Assembly: GCA_013265495.1 (NCBI GenBank)
Contig: MU059902.1
Location: forward strand, 3,245,862 to 3,309,861
Direction of reading: 5' to 3'
Length of the DNA: 64,000 nt
DNA from: Vicugna vicugna
Taxonomy: Eukaryota
Shown here: positions 51,547-64,000 of the stretch, piece by piece
How positions within the stretch are numbered: the stretch's first letter is position 1
Layout of the letters: every line of letters begins with the position of its first letter
Position numbers and translations under genes: made by a program
The notes under the pieces: generated by a model
Seen by the model: only the letters and a program-made list of their open reading frames with translations
Database searches by the model: none
What the model was told of the DNA's origin: nothing

Positions 51547-54500
51547 CATGCCGGGGGCGGTCCGGGTGGGGCCGAGGGGCCCCTGACTCTGCGTGGCCTG
51601 GACAGAACTGCCTCCTGTCGGTCACTCTGCAGAGTAGATTTTCTTAATCATTTTCTATGTCACCAGTTACTGTTCTGGAATTTCACTCAAGACCAAGTGG
51701 TCAGAAGGCCTTAGGACCAAAGGACCCCCTCCCCCCTCCCCACCACCCTGGAGCAGCCTGTTCTTGGGCTGCATCAAGGCAGGATGGAGATGAGAGATGG
51801 ACAAGGAGGAAATAGCAGCAATACTCAGCAGCGCCCTCCAGACACGCCCGGGGCGAGCCCAGGCCGCACTCCGCCCCGCAAGACCCGCCATGCTAACCTG
51901 TGACCAGGCCCCTGGGAGCGGTGTGAGGCTCCTGCAGCAGGAAGGGGTGCGCGGGCATCAGTGCTTCTTAGCGTTAGAGACACATTCAGAATCCTTACTT
52001 TAACCGAAAAACAAACAGCACAGCTTCAACCTCCTTTCTCTCCTTAAGTGCATGAGCATCTATACGATTTTAAAGACACTTCCTTACAAGGCACTTTGGC
52101 TCTTCATAGATCCCATCGTATTTACAGATCTATTTTTTTAAAATAGCAGTATGAACTCAAAGGGGACTTGGTTGGTGTGTGAGCCCCACCTTTTAAAGTT
52201 TGGCAGAAAGGCAGCGTGGATGCCCCCAGATGACTCGACCGAGGCTGCGCGTTACCAGGGTCCCCCAGGCCAGGGGTCTCCCGTGGCGTCTCTGGGGCCC
52301 TGGCTCCTGCTCTCCACTAGGAGGGGGCTGTCCCCAGTGACAGGCATGTCACAGATGTGTCATTTCTTCTTTATCCAAGAAATGCCTCCTGGATGCCTGC
52401 TCTGTGCAAGGCCCTGTTAAACATGGAGAAGTGCTGCTCTCTGTCTACCTGGGGTTTCTTCTTATGTTACCATGGCTTGTGTTTTTGCGTTTCAACTTAA
52501 ACGTATTAACCATCGATTTCTCTGTTCTGTTCTCAAAATGCCATCGTCCCTAATGCCGTTTCAAACCGTCTTTCCCAGAGGGGCTTGAGTATATACACAA
52601 CCACGAAATTTAAGCAAGTCAACTCATGAGAAAAATAGAGATGTAGTCAGTACTTTGTCAGGTTCGGGGAGAGTGGTTGGCTTTGCACGTCAGACGTGTA
52701 AGCTTTGAGACCCTTGTTGGATTCTGGACCAGAGAGGAACTTGGTGTCAGCGTGAAGCCCTTCCGTGCTGTCGTTCCACAGTGGCCCCCGTGGGGCATGA
52801 CTCTGAGGCGGTGTCAGCCCCAGGCTGTCACGCGGTCCTGCCACACTGCGCCACATGGCTTTCTAGGAGCCACTAAACCTTTCTGTGCCTAGACCCCCTG
52901 CTCTGTCAAAGGGGGTCAGTACCACCTACCTCACAGGGGTGTCGTAAAGACTTAGAAGAACAATGTCAAGCATTTTTAATACTGAGGTGAGAGATGGCAG
53001 AAATGAAACCAGTACTGCACGAGTCACACAGAAAAAGGACAGCACGTGATTCGCTGTACCAGACACTGGAAATGTGTGTTCAAAAAAGCATTTTACCAAC
53101 TCGGACTATTACTCATTTCTAGATTTCATGGCCTAATTAATTTTTTCATTATTATGTATACCAAAGAGGTTTACGGGTTCGTTGGTGACTGGTATGGCCC
53201 CTGCTGGTGTGAGGACTAGACAGACTTGACCCTCGACCCTCTCTGGGGTCTTGTGGGCAGACTGGCCTGGGTGGCTGCTGGAGCCTTGGCGGCTGGTTCC
53301 TCATCCTCATATGTCAGCATGCACTTCCTCTGTCTGGAGACTCGAGTCAATTCTAAACTTGTTCTCCAGACTGCATAGCGAAGTGAACCCCACGTAGGAT
53401 TGCAAAATGGAGAGGGTATGCCTTGGGTTTAGGCGACTGTCCCCAGCTCTTTGAGGGAAAGTTCTGTGTCACTACATTTAGCAGGATTGGACCCAGCGTT
53501 CATGACCACTGAGGGCCACGAGGTCCTCTCTCTACCAGGTGGAGAGCAGCTGGTGGCGCCTCCGGCGTTGTGGACGGTGAGATGGAAGGTGTTGGTCTGT
53601 GTCCCTCCTCCCCCAGCCACGCAGGCCCTCGCATTGGCAGTGAGACCCGTGCACCACTTGGACTTGACGTGCTTTAAAGAGCGGCTCCAGAGCCTGGTTT
53701 GTCACCTGGGGGGAGGTCAGCACTGACTCGGTTGGATAACACGTGAACTACTTCGGGGCAGGATTCGGCAAGTGATTGACTTTCATCCAGCACTGAGGTC
53801 TTCGCAGTATTTTTAACTTGATAAATTTAGCAGTGACAGTGCATGCGGCTGAGAATCAGGTTAATGAGGTACAGGCTTTTTGGGTATTTCCGAAAGCTTT
53901 TTTTGGGTAGAGGCTGCATCGCCAGTTCCCTCAAATTAAAAAACTGTCAAGAGAGTTCTTTTTCCTTTGCAGGTTTTACAGCAGAGATTCTGAGATGGAA
54001 AATAGGCACTGAACAGAACAAAGCGACTTTGAAGCAGCATAAGATGAAGCATCTTATGAGGATTTGTAGGCTGGGGCTGAGAATGGCAGTTTACGGTTTA
54101 TGGAAGAGGTCGTGGGGCCAGCCTGGCAGAAAGCGGAGGCGGCAAGACCCCACCACCACTTCATGGCCATAAACTGCTTCTTAAGCCTAAAAAGTAAACT
54201 CTGTTCTTCCTTCCATTTATTCAGCTCTCTGGGTGATTGACACGATAGCAGGGGTGTCCCTCAGCCAAGGGGTTTTGCTAATAGATTCGGTTCGGTCGGG
54301 CCCAGGCACGGCTCCTCTTGGTCGCAGTCCCTCCGTAATGGGTACAGTGTGCCACTGTCCCTTCTCTGCACTTTCTTCCTGCCTTAGATAGTTGTGCTTT
54401 TGCACCGCGTCTGCTCCTGTAGTGACTTGGCGAGGTCCGGCGACCCCGGCCTGTCCAGCGTGGTGGGAGAGGCTGGCTGCCTGCGCCCCGCTGTGAAAGC

Positions 54501-54632
54501 TCGATGCCGCGTCCTGGGCTCCGAAGACCGGCCAGTCAGGTGTGGCGGCAAGCGCTCCCTCCCAAGGACCTGTCCCGTAGTTAGGAGAGTAACTTAACAG
54601 AGTAATTATTCTACTCTTTACATGCAGAAATG

Positions 54633-54638
54633 TTTATT
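54633..54638 (-). terminator. RNF207: Probable RNF207 polyadenylation signal (AATAAA on minus strand)
   Basis: tttatt on the plus strand, about 1.2 kb downstream of the RNF207 stop, in an AT-rich island. Confidence 0.6.
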
Positions 54639-54685
54639 TAAATACTGGATTTTCTTTGACAGATACTGATTATTTCCGATTCTTA

Positions 54686-54691
54686 AATAAA
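54686..54691 (+). terminator. ICMT: Probable ICMT polyadenylation signal AATAAA (3' UTR about 3.2 kb)
   Basis: Canonical hexamer after an AU-rich tract, followed by GU-rich 'tgtggttgtg' at about 54721. Confidence 0.7.
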
Positions 54692-55854
54692 ACTGTACTT
54701 GATTTCACTATGAACAACAGTGTGGTTGTGGGGGATTTGGAAACCCTAGGATCTTGCTGCTTCTGGCTAAGAAACGTCCCGAACCTACAGCATAAAACCA
54801 GATGTGTTTTGCCTACTTGATTCTGTTCTGAACTCCTACCTGTAACCAGTTTGTCATGACAAGTTCCTCCTGCCCCCTGGGCCACCGTGGGAGGTTTGTG
54901 ATGCTTTGGGACTGGAGCGTCAGGGCTCTGATGTGACAGGTGTAGAGATACCTATGTAACTGAGGTCCCAGTGTATTGACCTGCGGGCCTACCTGGCTCG
55001 TAGAAGCCATCCGCTGCTGGAACCACTGAATCTAGCCAATACCTGCTTAAAATGTGACTATCTGGGCATCATTTTGCCTCTAAAACTTTACAGTTTAGAT
55101 CATGGAGGTTAATTTTTTTGTTGTTAAGCATTTTAAGTTCCACTTGATAAAAAGGGTACTTGGGTAGGGATGGAAAACTTGAGCAAAGTTGCTGGTGAAT
55201 TGTGCTTTAATAGCAATAAAGGGCGAACAGCAGGAGAGCGATCGGGGTCGGAATAGGTAGCAGGGAAGCCATGATGGTGGCTGCCTCCTGCCACGCAGGC
55301 CGCAGGCCGCAGGCTGCAGGCCGCCAGGTGCTATTGCTTTGCTTCATGAGCTCAGCTAGAGTGAAGGTTTCTCCCTTTTGCTGAGTCAGTGCTCAGATTA
55401 CTGGGTGGAACTTTCCAGCAGCTCCCGGTTAACAGCGGGGCTGTGATTTTGGAGGAACTGGATTCCTCTGAGGCAGGACAGCTGCTGCACAGTGGGACAG
55501 TCTCCTTGTCTAAATTTCAGACAGGTGCACCCCAACGGAAGCTTGAGGGGCCCAGCCCGCAGACGCCAGGGAGATGCAGAGTGAATGAGGGGCCTCAGGC
55601 TGGGTGTTCACACATTTAACATTTTCCAGATGGACTGGGAGGGACACTGTCCCAAGTAACCATCATGAGGACCACGACTTTGAGCAACTTGAAGTCTAGA
55701 CTAAGCCAAAGAATCTGAAATTAGGACCTGGCAAAGTTTCTGGGGTTTACTGCTGATACATAAGTACACCTTTGAAAAAAATGATGGGAACCACCTTGCC
55801 TTCAATTTCCCAGCCTTTGTAAAAAGCCCGACCACCAGGGACCAGTCCCAGTTG

Positions 55855-58830
55855 CTAGGCTGGGCGCTCTCTCCGCGTGGGGACGTCACCCCCATTTTTC
55901 GGTTTGGGTCTATGAGAATCTTTGTTTTTCAGTGAAGGCTCATCTGTGAGGCTGCTCAGAGCCCGGCTGTTCCCTTTAGGCTCTGAGGTCTTCTCTCTCT
56001 TTTCCAAGACACTTACTGGATCATTCCTAAAGAAACAAACTTAACGTGAGTTTCTGTCTGCTCCCCCCACCTCGCTGCATCCCAGTGCTGAAGTCCACTC
56101 GGGCAAGGGCTTTCGGAACAGCCAGCCCTTCTGGAAGGCACCGGTAGATGAGCATATCTTCTGAACCAGAACTACATTGTCTCCTAAAGTATTATCTCAT
56201 TTCTAATTTTTTAAAAAAAATTTTTGGTGGGGGTTTATTTTTAGAGGAGGTACTGGGGATTGAACCCAGGACCTTGTGCATGCTAAGCATGTGCTCTACC
56301 GCTTGAGCTATACCCTCCCCCCTCTGATGATGTTCAGTTGCCAAAGCAGCAGCAGTTTGGTCTCTTAGCTCGTGGTGACAGTGCTTTGAATCGACCCTCC
56401 CTTGAAGCATCTGGGCTAAACGAGGTGCTTGGGAGGGTGGGACAAGTTTCTGCTCTGTCACCAAGCACGCTGTGGCTCTCTATGGCTGCAGACCTCCCCG
56501 CACCCCGAGGCTCTCCTAGCTGCGGCTTTCTACAACTCTGTTCTCCAACCCGTGACTAACACTTTACTGAGAGTGCAACACTGAAAGATGAGCCTGTGAC
56601 GGTGACATGTCTGTTACCGCACATTCTTCTCTCCCCCTGGCAAGTGTTTTGGCAAACACTGTGGCTCCAGTGAATAGTAACGCTCTCACACAAATAAATA
56701 ACTCTCAGTCACTTTTTCTCACGTAAGGGGGTTTGAGTGACGCGGGGTGACAGCCTGCGTGCTCAGTGGTGTGAGCGGGGCGGCCGGCAGACACAGCCAC
56801 CCCAAGTTATAAAACGTGGGTCAGGTCTATCAGCCACATGTGTCATCTACCAGGTCACATGTTTGAAGGCACTGTGTAGATTAAGAGCCCCTCCGACCCC
56901 ATGTTTTACAAACTGAGGCCCTGCCAAGGCCGCAGAGCTGGGCTCTGTCTTTGTCGTTGTGTGTGTCCCTGAGATGAAGTTGTTTGCTGTGGGAAGACTT
57001 GCTCCACCTGGCCTGGGCCTCGCCATTCACGCCGTCGTCATACGTGTTTTGGAGGTGGTCCGACTGTTCATCCACGGGTGCCTGAAACCTGGGCGAGAGA
57101 CAGCAGTTACTGGGAACCGGGGCGGTGGGAGAGGTGGCCCGCCGCGTGCCCCTAAGCTCACTGCACAGCCTTGTGCTAACACTCAAGGGCCTGCCTCGAG
57201 CTCTGGGCCTCAGATATTTGCTGTGGGCCAGGGCCATGGCAGTGGATGGGGGAGGCCAGGCCCTGGCCCCGCGGAAGTTGCGTTCCAGTCGCGGAGACAC
57301 GCCAAGGCTGGGAAGGACGCATGGAGCCGGATGGTGACAGCAAGCGAGGCCTGCTTTCACCAGGGTGGTCTGGGAAGGACTGCCTGTCGACATTCAAGCT
57401 GCGACCTGAGTGACGAGCATCCGTGGAACCACCTGGAGCAAGAACCCTTCCTGCAGAGGCTGGGAGTAGAGCAAGCCCAGCTTCTCCGGGGACTGACAGG
57501 CCGTGGTGACCGGGGTGTGGAGAGGGTCCCGGAAAGGCTATCGGGGCCCAGCACAATAGGCTATGTGACGTGCTGGAGGGGCCGGGGCTGGGGCTGACGA
57601 CAGTGGCTTGGATTGGGGGCTGCAGTGGAGACAAAGCAGGTGGGTGAGACAGTGGAGCCAGCGGGATCTGGGGATGGGTTGGAAGAGGGGTGAGGAAAGG
57701 AATCCAGATGTCTCCCCGGCTTTTTCCAGGAGCATCTGGGTGACTGGTGCATTTACTGAGATGAAACAGGAGGACCATGTTCCAGGGGAGGAAATTGAGT
57801 CCTGGGGCCATTGTAGGACTTGAGGTACCCGTCTAAGCAGAGACAGCCCCTCCCAGGAAGGGACACTTGGAGATGAGTCTGGAGCTTGGGTGGGTCCGTA
57901 CTGGGGACAGGGACTGGGGGTCGTCTGCACCACCACAGGGGTTTTAAAGCCAGGAGACCGGGTGAAGCCCCTGAAGGAGAGGGTGCAGAGGGAGGAGTAT
58001 GCCTGGGGCTGAGCCCTGGGGAGAACTGACATCTGGGCCTTGAGCCAAGGAGGCAGAGCCAAGCCAAAGGGGCTGAAGGAACAGCTGGGGAGGCAGGAGG
58101 GAAACGGAGTGTGGAGGGTCTCTGAAGCAAGAGCAGAGCACGGTGAAGGTGATGGACGGTCTAGGCTCCTCAGTGCTGCTCCTCTGAGGCCAAGGGATGG
58201 AAAGGTCACTGATGAGTGGATTCTTGGTGGGCGGGGGGCGTGGCCAGCAGTGGGAGGGGAGGAAGCAGAGGGCAACTCCAGACACCTAGGAAGTGGTGCC
58301 AGGAAGAGGGCTGGAGGCAGCCTCCCTGCTCACCCCAAACCTCCAGGAGCTTGGCTCCAGCCCGAGCGCCTTTCCAGTTGCTGAAACTGACCACAGATGC
58401 CATTTCCCCACAGAGACGTGACTCCCCCAGGTGTTGCCCCTTGTGGGCGGACAGGAGCACACTACTGGAAGCCAGCTGCTCACAAAGCAGAGCACACAGA
58501 AGGGAAAGGGCACAAATGATAAGGGCACGGCTTAGTCTGGGCACACAGGACGTCACCTCCACCCAGAGGCCCTCCAGGATAATCACCATCCCAAATGCTA
58601 ACATGAGAGGTTAGTTCGCTTGGTTTTGAGGTTTTATAAATGGAATCACACAGTATCTAGAGTAAACTGCTTTGAATGTCAGCTTGGGAGGAAACAGCGT
58701 AACTAGTCCTGGATAGACAAAGATTGATCAGAATTTGTGCAGAAGGTATGAGGAGTGGAACTTCTCAGTGTGACATGTTCAAATAGTCACTTAAAAGGAG
58801 GTTTGACAGTTTTGGATTAATGTGGCAATT

Positions 58831-58865
<35 letters not shown>

Positions 58866-61800
58866 AATTCTCCTTCTTCCCCAAACTCACTAAAACTAGT
58901 AAAGGGACCAAAATGAGGGGGTAAAAGAAAAGCCTCTCCAGGTTGAGGGCAGGAAAGGCTAACACCAAAATTTTGGAGGCTGGAGAGCAACTGGACAAGT
59001 GGTCACTGAGTTAGCAGACCCGGGAAGCCTGAATTCAAAGTGCACAGAGCAAGCTGAGGCCAATTCCCACCAGAATCCTTAGGGGGCTCAGGAATGGGCA
59101 GCCCCGTTGCCTCTGCAGGACTGAGTGGGATTGAAATAGGACGATGAAGGTCAAGATCCCTGCCTCTGAGCATGCTGGCCCCACACCCCTCAGAAGTCTG
59201 CAGCGTTAGTCTCTGGAGGGTACAGCACACAGGTGAGAACCAGAAAACCAGGTGTGCATACAGATGCTCCAGGTGTGCGTACAGATGCTTCCAGGAAGGA
59301 AACCGGGAAGAGATCTAAAACTGACATTGAGGCATTGAAAAAAAAAAAAAGAAAAGCAAAATAAAAAACTCTGACCACACAGATCCCTTACACTGAAACA
59401 CCACCCATGGGCTCAGAGCGTCCATCCTGCCCTACACAACCCCACCCCAGCCCCAACTCCTAACATGAGCACGTAATCAAAGATTTCCTGACCATCTGAC
59501 AAAAGCCTTTAACATGGAAGATAGAAACCTAAACAAACAAAACATAACTTGGAGGAAATAGACTTCAGGGAGAAGGAAACTTAAAAAAAATAAAAGCAGA
59601 GGCGGTTCGGGACATAGCTCAGTGGTAGACTGTGTGCTTAGCACGCACGAGGTCCTGGGTTCAATCCCCAGTCCCTCCATTAAAAAAACAAAACAAAAAC
59701 CACCACCACTAGGGTGGGGGGGAGAAAGCAGACACCTATCAGCCCCCGAGGGGCGTCCGTGAAACAACAAGACGCTGTGTAACAAGAAGAGGGCACAAAG
59801 ATGCCTATAGTTTAAAATGTTTAAAAGAGCTCTTGGAAGTTTTCTTCAAAAATGAAGAAATGAATAGAAGAGTTAGAAGATAAGTGAGGAAATCTCCCGG
59901 AAAAAACAGCAAAGAGATGGAAAACAGGCCTGGAAGGGGAGGGTAAGTCAGAGTGCCAGCTCAGGGAGGCCCGTGTCCAGTGAGAATTCCGCAAGTGGAG
60001 AAAAGCAACTGACCAGTTCAAAAAGAAATACGCTCAAAATGAAGGACATGAATTTCCAGACTGAAAGGGCCCACCAGTATCCAGTGGATGGAACTAGACC
60101 CTCACCAATGTGAAATTTCAGAACACTGGGAGCAGAGAAGATTCCACAAGCTTCTACGGAGAATTAGTAGGTCACAGTGCAAGGATTAAGAATCGGAGTG
60201 CCTTCAAACTTCTCAAGGAAGAGAATCATCTCCAATCAAGAATTTCCATCTGGAATTCAACGTGCAGCAAAACTATCAGTCAAGTGTGAAGGCGGAATAA
60301 AGATACTGCAGACGTGTGCTATTCAGAACAAGTCCCTCCTTTCCCAAGGGCTGCTTGGGGGATGGGCTCCACCAAGCCGAGAGAGAGGAAACCCGGATAG
60401 AGGAATCAGATCTCTGCCCAGAGCCAGGCAAGTGGAGTCCCCTGGAGCGTGACGGAGGGAGAGCGCAGGCTGACCACTCTGCGCCAGCCCTCCAGGGCAA
60501 CCAGCCCACCCTGGGGCCCAGAGACTTGAGAGACAGCACATTGAGGACCTGCCACCGAAAAACCTCTGGCACTGTAGCACCTTTCAGTGCCCAAGTGTGG
60601 TGCTGAGAGCCTGGTCGAGGTTCCTGTCTAGACTCGGTTTAACTGTGCACTGAGGAAGTTCTCTTTCCTCTGTGTCCTGCTGCCTGGATCCGCTGAGGAC
60701 CCTCATTGCACCCCCAAGGTGTGGAGAGGGGGGTCATTGTGCACCCAGAAGTGGGAACTCAGAGCAGCCCACTCATTCTGTGTTTTTGCAGATGGCCAGC
60801 ACCTGCCCTGCCCAGGTGCCCTGTTTAAACGTTCACAACCCGGCCCACGGACTTCCCTGAGTGGGGCTCTTCCAAATGTGTGGCGCTTTCCCCACACACA
60901 TTTGGAAGTGTCCTGGCTCCCTTGGAACACCCGCTGGTCTCACCTGGGCTCCAGCCGCTCCTTCACCTTGGCAATGGAGTGGACGTAGGGTGTGATCTGC
61001 TTGGTGATGGTGGTCAGGTAGGCATTCTCCTGTTTCAGCTGGAGAAGGTCACGGAGCTGGGCTGTGGGGGCCACGGCCAGAGAGTTAGGTCTTGTTGGCC
61101 TCAAATGCTTGCTCTCAAGCCTCAAACCATTTAGACATCCTAACTGTTTCAGTGGTGACCTCTAAGTAAGGAGTGAGGGGAGACTTGTGAAGGCATCCTA
61201 CTTACTGAATCCTGACCTCAGATGTATAATTTTGGGGTCCGTTAGCAGCTGTGAGGAAAAGGCAAGGGCTAAGGGGAAGAGCATGGGGGTTCATGGCTGG
61301 TTAGTGGGTAACTGACTTCCTGCCCCTGAAAGCATGTGGTTTAGCTCCAGGGCTGCGGTGCACCCAGCATCAGCTGCCTGGGACCTTCATAAATCTCCTG
61401 CTCATTAGCCGCCCGCTGGTAGGATTCCTCCCAAATCTGAAAGAGAAAGTGAGTCGGACACGGCATGTGACTGTGAGTTGGAATTCCCACTGCGGCATTT
61501 CTGCCCTCTGGCTACTCAGAGCCATCAGGCACCTGCAGCCAGTTCCCATGGTTCCAAGTGGCAAAACCCAGGTTCCAGAGCCTGCCACACGAGGGCCTCA
61601 TAGGGCACCAGGCCAAGGTCCTCCCCGCTCCCGTTCCTGTCTTGGGGTAGCCCATGTATATGCTGACAAATGGGGTGCAGGGAAGGGAGGTGCCTCGGGA
61701 GGGGCTACCTCCTGGAAGACGACTCTCATCCCCTCCACGGACGCGTACTCCGCAGTGATCTGGGCGTCCACCTGCAAGGACTTGTGCAGAATGTCGCCCA

Positions 61801-63924
61801 TGATCTCGGCCTTGATGAGCGAGTGGTGCTTGGTGAGGTCCCGGTGCAACTCCTGGACCTGGTCCTTCAGGTTCTGCATCTCCATCTGCAGGCGCTGGGG
61901 GGAGAGACGACACGAGTGTCTGTTCCCTGCAGGCTGTGTGCATGGCAGGGGCGACGGCAGAGGGATGGCTTCCAGGCCACATGGCCAAGACTAGATTTGG
62001 CCAGTGCACCTTAGGGAGAAGGGGAGGAGCCTTTCCCAGCCCTCAAGTTCTGACATCCTCACCCGGTAGGAGTCCTCATAGTGGCGGCAGTGCTCCATGA
62101 AGGGTGAATCGTCACCCTCTGCCAGCAGCACCTTGGTACTGATGGACCGGTGCAGCGTGGGCTTTTGGACCGGTGACCCCAACATCTTTCCCACTGGGGA
62201 AGGACAGCTGGGCCCCAGCATTACCTTGGGGCCCGAGCCCCCTGCTAGCCTAGGGAGAGAACCAGAATGGATACAGATGTTGGGGGAGCGGTGTCCACAG
62301 TGTCACTCCTTCTCCTAGCCTCCCAGTGCGTTCTCAGCCCTCTCACCCCAGGCTGCAAACCAGAACCACACAGGAGCTCTGAAAAAACCTGATGCAAGAC
62401 CACACCCAAGGCCAGTGACATCAGAAGGATATTTTAAAACATCCTGAGAGTGATGCTGATGTGCAGAAAAGAGTCCATCAGGATATCCTTAGGGCTGGTC
62501 CCCAGCAGACAGTATGTTCACTAACATATCCTGGACCTTGGAAATTTGGCCTGTCGTGCAGTCTCCCTTGCCTGGGGCCCGGGGGTCCTTGGCACACACA
62601 TCTTAGGCATTTCTCCTAATTCCTCCTGGGTCTCTGGCTCTCCAGACTGGAGCCCGGAAGTCAGACCCCCTGAAGCTTCTGGCCACCTTAAGGTCCCACC
62701 TTAAGCTACCCCTTCCTTTCAGGGAGGAAAGGAGCTGAGACTGCAGCGGCATTTGGGGGAAGCCCTCAAGTCCTCCTGTCCACGCCCGACCCAAGTCCGC
62801 ACCAGTTCTACCAGGGGTTTCCGATCTGGGGGGGGTGCCCAAAGGCTACTTCCTGGCTGGGCAGACTCGCCTTTCTGCCCTGACGATTTCGGTGGCACCC
62901 AGATGCAGCGCGGGGAGCTCGGAGAGCTGGGAAGGGTGACGTGCGGTGGCCCCCAACCCAACCGGGAACTTGTGCCCGCCCCCTCCTCCCGGGTCCCGGT
63001 GCCTGGGAGGGCGCCCCGCGGCTCACATGCTGGTGCCACCCCCAGCACCCGCCGCCCAGCGTGGCCCCGGCAGCAGCAGCGGCTCCAGGCAGCGCGCGAA
63101 CTCGGCGCGGTGGTCGCTGGTGATCTGGGAGGTGGGACAAGGTCCTGAGGCAGCTCCACACCCCACGGGCCCCCGGCCTGCCCCCGCCCACCCAGCGGCG
63201 CCGCCTGTGCACCTTGCTGCTCTGTGCTGGCCTCAGGCGATGTGGCCGTGTGACGATGCCCTGCAGTCTCTCCATCAGCTCCTGCGGCGGTTCGAGGGAG
63301 GGCGCTCAGGTGGGTGGGGGGTGGGGGTGACCCACCTCAGTGAGGAGGGTGGCCCCGAGGGCAAGTCTGTCTTTGGGACTTTCCCTGCTGTCCATTGGCA
63401 GCTCCAATCCTCCCTGGGATTGGCCCGGATGCCCACATCAATCCCATTCCCAAATCTTCAGGAAAGGTTGGGGGGTCTGGACTCCAGTCGACACTAGGCA
63501 CTTTGGGGGAGGAGACTTAAACTCCCTTCCAGGCTTTGCTGTCCGTTTAAAAGGGACTCAGCTGACCCCTGAATGGTTTGTAGATAACAGCGTGGAGGAG
63601 GGGAAGGTAAGCCCAGAGAACCCCGGCCCAGCCTCCAGGCAGGGGTTTCGGGTGTGCAGGGTAGGTTCCTGGTGGGGAGGGGGGTCACTCGCAGGAGCTG
63701 GTGGCACTCACATAGCCCAGGTCCAGGAACTCAGCCTTGTTGGCCAAACTGAGGAAGGAAGAGCAGATGACCAGGTGAACCTGCGAGAGGGACACTGCTC
63801 AGTGCCTGGCCTGGCTGGGGTGCCCAGCCCGCACCCCCCAGCTCCCCTTACCTGCAGGGTGGGCAGCAGAGTGGCCAAATGGGAGAGCTGCTCCTTGAAG
63901 GCCTTGTCCTTTTCTTCATACTGG
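55855..63924 (-). CDS. RNF207: RING finger protein 207, last ten coding exons (5'-partial): complement(join(55855..56026,57008..57088,60944..61061,61385..61436,61709..61894,62063..62249,63027..63124,63213..63281,63712..63780,63852..63924))
   Basis: QYEEKDKAFKEQLSHLATLLPTLQ|VHLVICSSFLSLANKAEFLDLGY|ELMERLQGIVTRPHRLRPAQSSK|ITSDHRAEFARCLEPLL...|LAGGSGPK...STKVLLAEG...HYEDSYR|RLQMEMQNLKDQVQELHRDLTKHHSLIKAEIMGD...VVFQE|IWEESYQRAANEQEIYE|AQLRDLLQLKQENAYLTTITKQITPY...LEPR|FQAPVDEQ...|NDPVSVLEKREKTSEPKG...GGDVPTRRERPA*. All junctions are GT-AG and in frame. The last exon has no ATG and is missing from the ORF track. Confidence 0.96.
56200..56322 (-). mobile_element. tRNA-Ala-derived SINE (vic-1-like), well preserved
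   Basis: Reverse complement GGGGAGGGTATAGCTCAAGCGGTAGAGCACATGCTTAGCATGCACAAGGTCCTGGGTTCAATCCCCAGTACCTCC plus an A-rich tail. A and B boxes are recognisable. Confidence 0.9.
57600..58300 (-). mobile_element. LINE-2 fragment (RNF207 intron)
   Basis: Purine-rich L2-like tract ('tgactggtgcatttactgagatg', 'gctgagccctgggga'). Boundaries approximate. Confidence 0.55.
58833..58862 (+). repeat. (AC)15 microsatellite
   Basis: Direct inspection. Confidence 0.95.
59440..60330 (+). mobile_element. Ancient L1-related ORF1 remnant (HAL1/L1ME-like), interrupted by a SINE
   Basis: 'aaagagctcttggaa','gaggaaatctccc','gaaggacatgaatttccagactgaaagggcccacc','gtgaaatttcagaacac','caaaactatcagtcaagtgtgaaggcggaataaaga' match the recalled HAL1/L1 ORF1 consensus. 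Confidence 0.75.
59608..59706 (+). mobile_element. tRNA-Ala-derived SINE (vic-1-like)
   Basis: gggacatagctcagtggtagactgtgtgcttagcacgcacgaggtcctgggttcaatccccagtccctcca plus an A-rich tail. Confidence 0.9.
62325..62470. mobile_element. MER5A-like DNA transposon fragment
   Basis: 'cagtgcgttctcagcc...cagaaccacacaggagctctgaaaaaacctgatgc...ttttaaaacatcctgagagtgatgctgatgtgcag'. Confidence 0.55.
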
Positions 63925-64000
63925 CTGGTGGAGGGGCAGGCAGCCTCATCTGCAAGGTGAGGGCTGCCCACCCCTACCTGGGATGGGGGTGCCTCAGAAC

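Noticed and set aside
56247-56322. Possible tRNA-Ala gene (also 59608-59680)
   Set aside because: Multiple diverged copies with A-rich tails and disrupted stems. These are SINEs, not functional tRNA genes.
59248-59289. 21-bp tandem duplication (ccaggtgtgcatacagatgct x2)
   Set aside because: Only two copies, next to an old L1-type remnant. No spacers, so not CRISPR-like, and no sign of function.

Overview
GC-rich mammalian DNA matching the conserved block ACOT7-GPR153-HES3-ICMT-RNF207 (human 1p36.31 gene order, from recall). The window holds the last two exons of ACOT7 (+), all of GPR153 (+), all of HES3 (-), ICMT (+, start codon lost in a 188-N assembly gap), and the last ten exons of RNF207 (-). 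Exons were delimited by hand from GT/AG sites and frame continuity. tRNA-Ala-derived SINEs of vic-1 type suggest a camelid genome. The rest is old MIR, L2, L1/HAL1, MER5A and MLT1 fragments, microsatellites and CpG islands. Most entries in the ORF track are GC-rich noise. I found no new gene system. The best leads are regulatory: stacked uORFs in the GPR153 leader, a full-basic-region HES3 isoform with a stop-free in-frame intron, overlapping ICMT/RNF207 3' ends, a triple nuclear-receptor half-site in ACOT7, and a (GGC)11 poly-Gly tract in GPR153. Comparisons with other species and repeat-family names come from memory, not from database searches.
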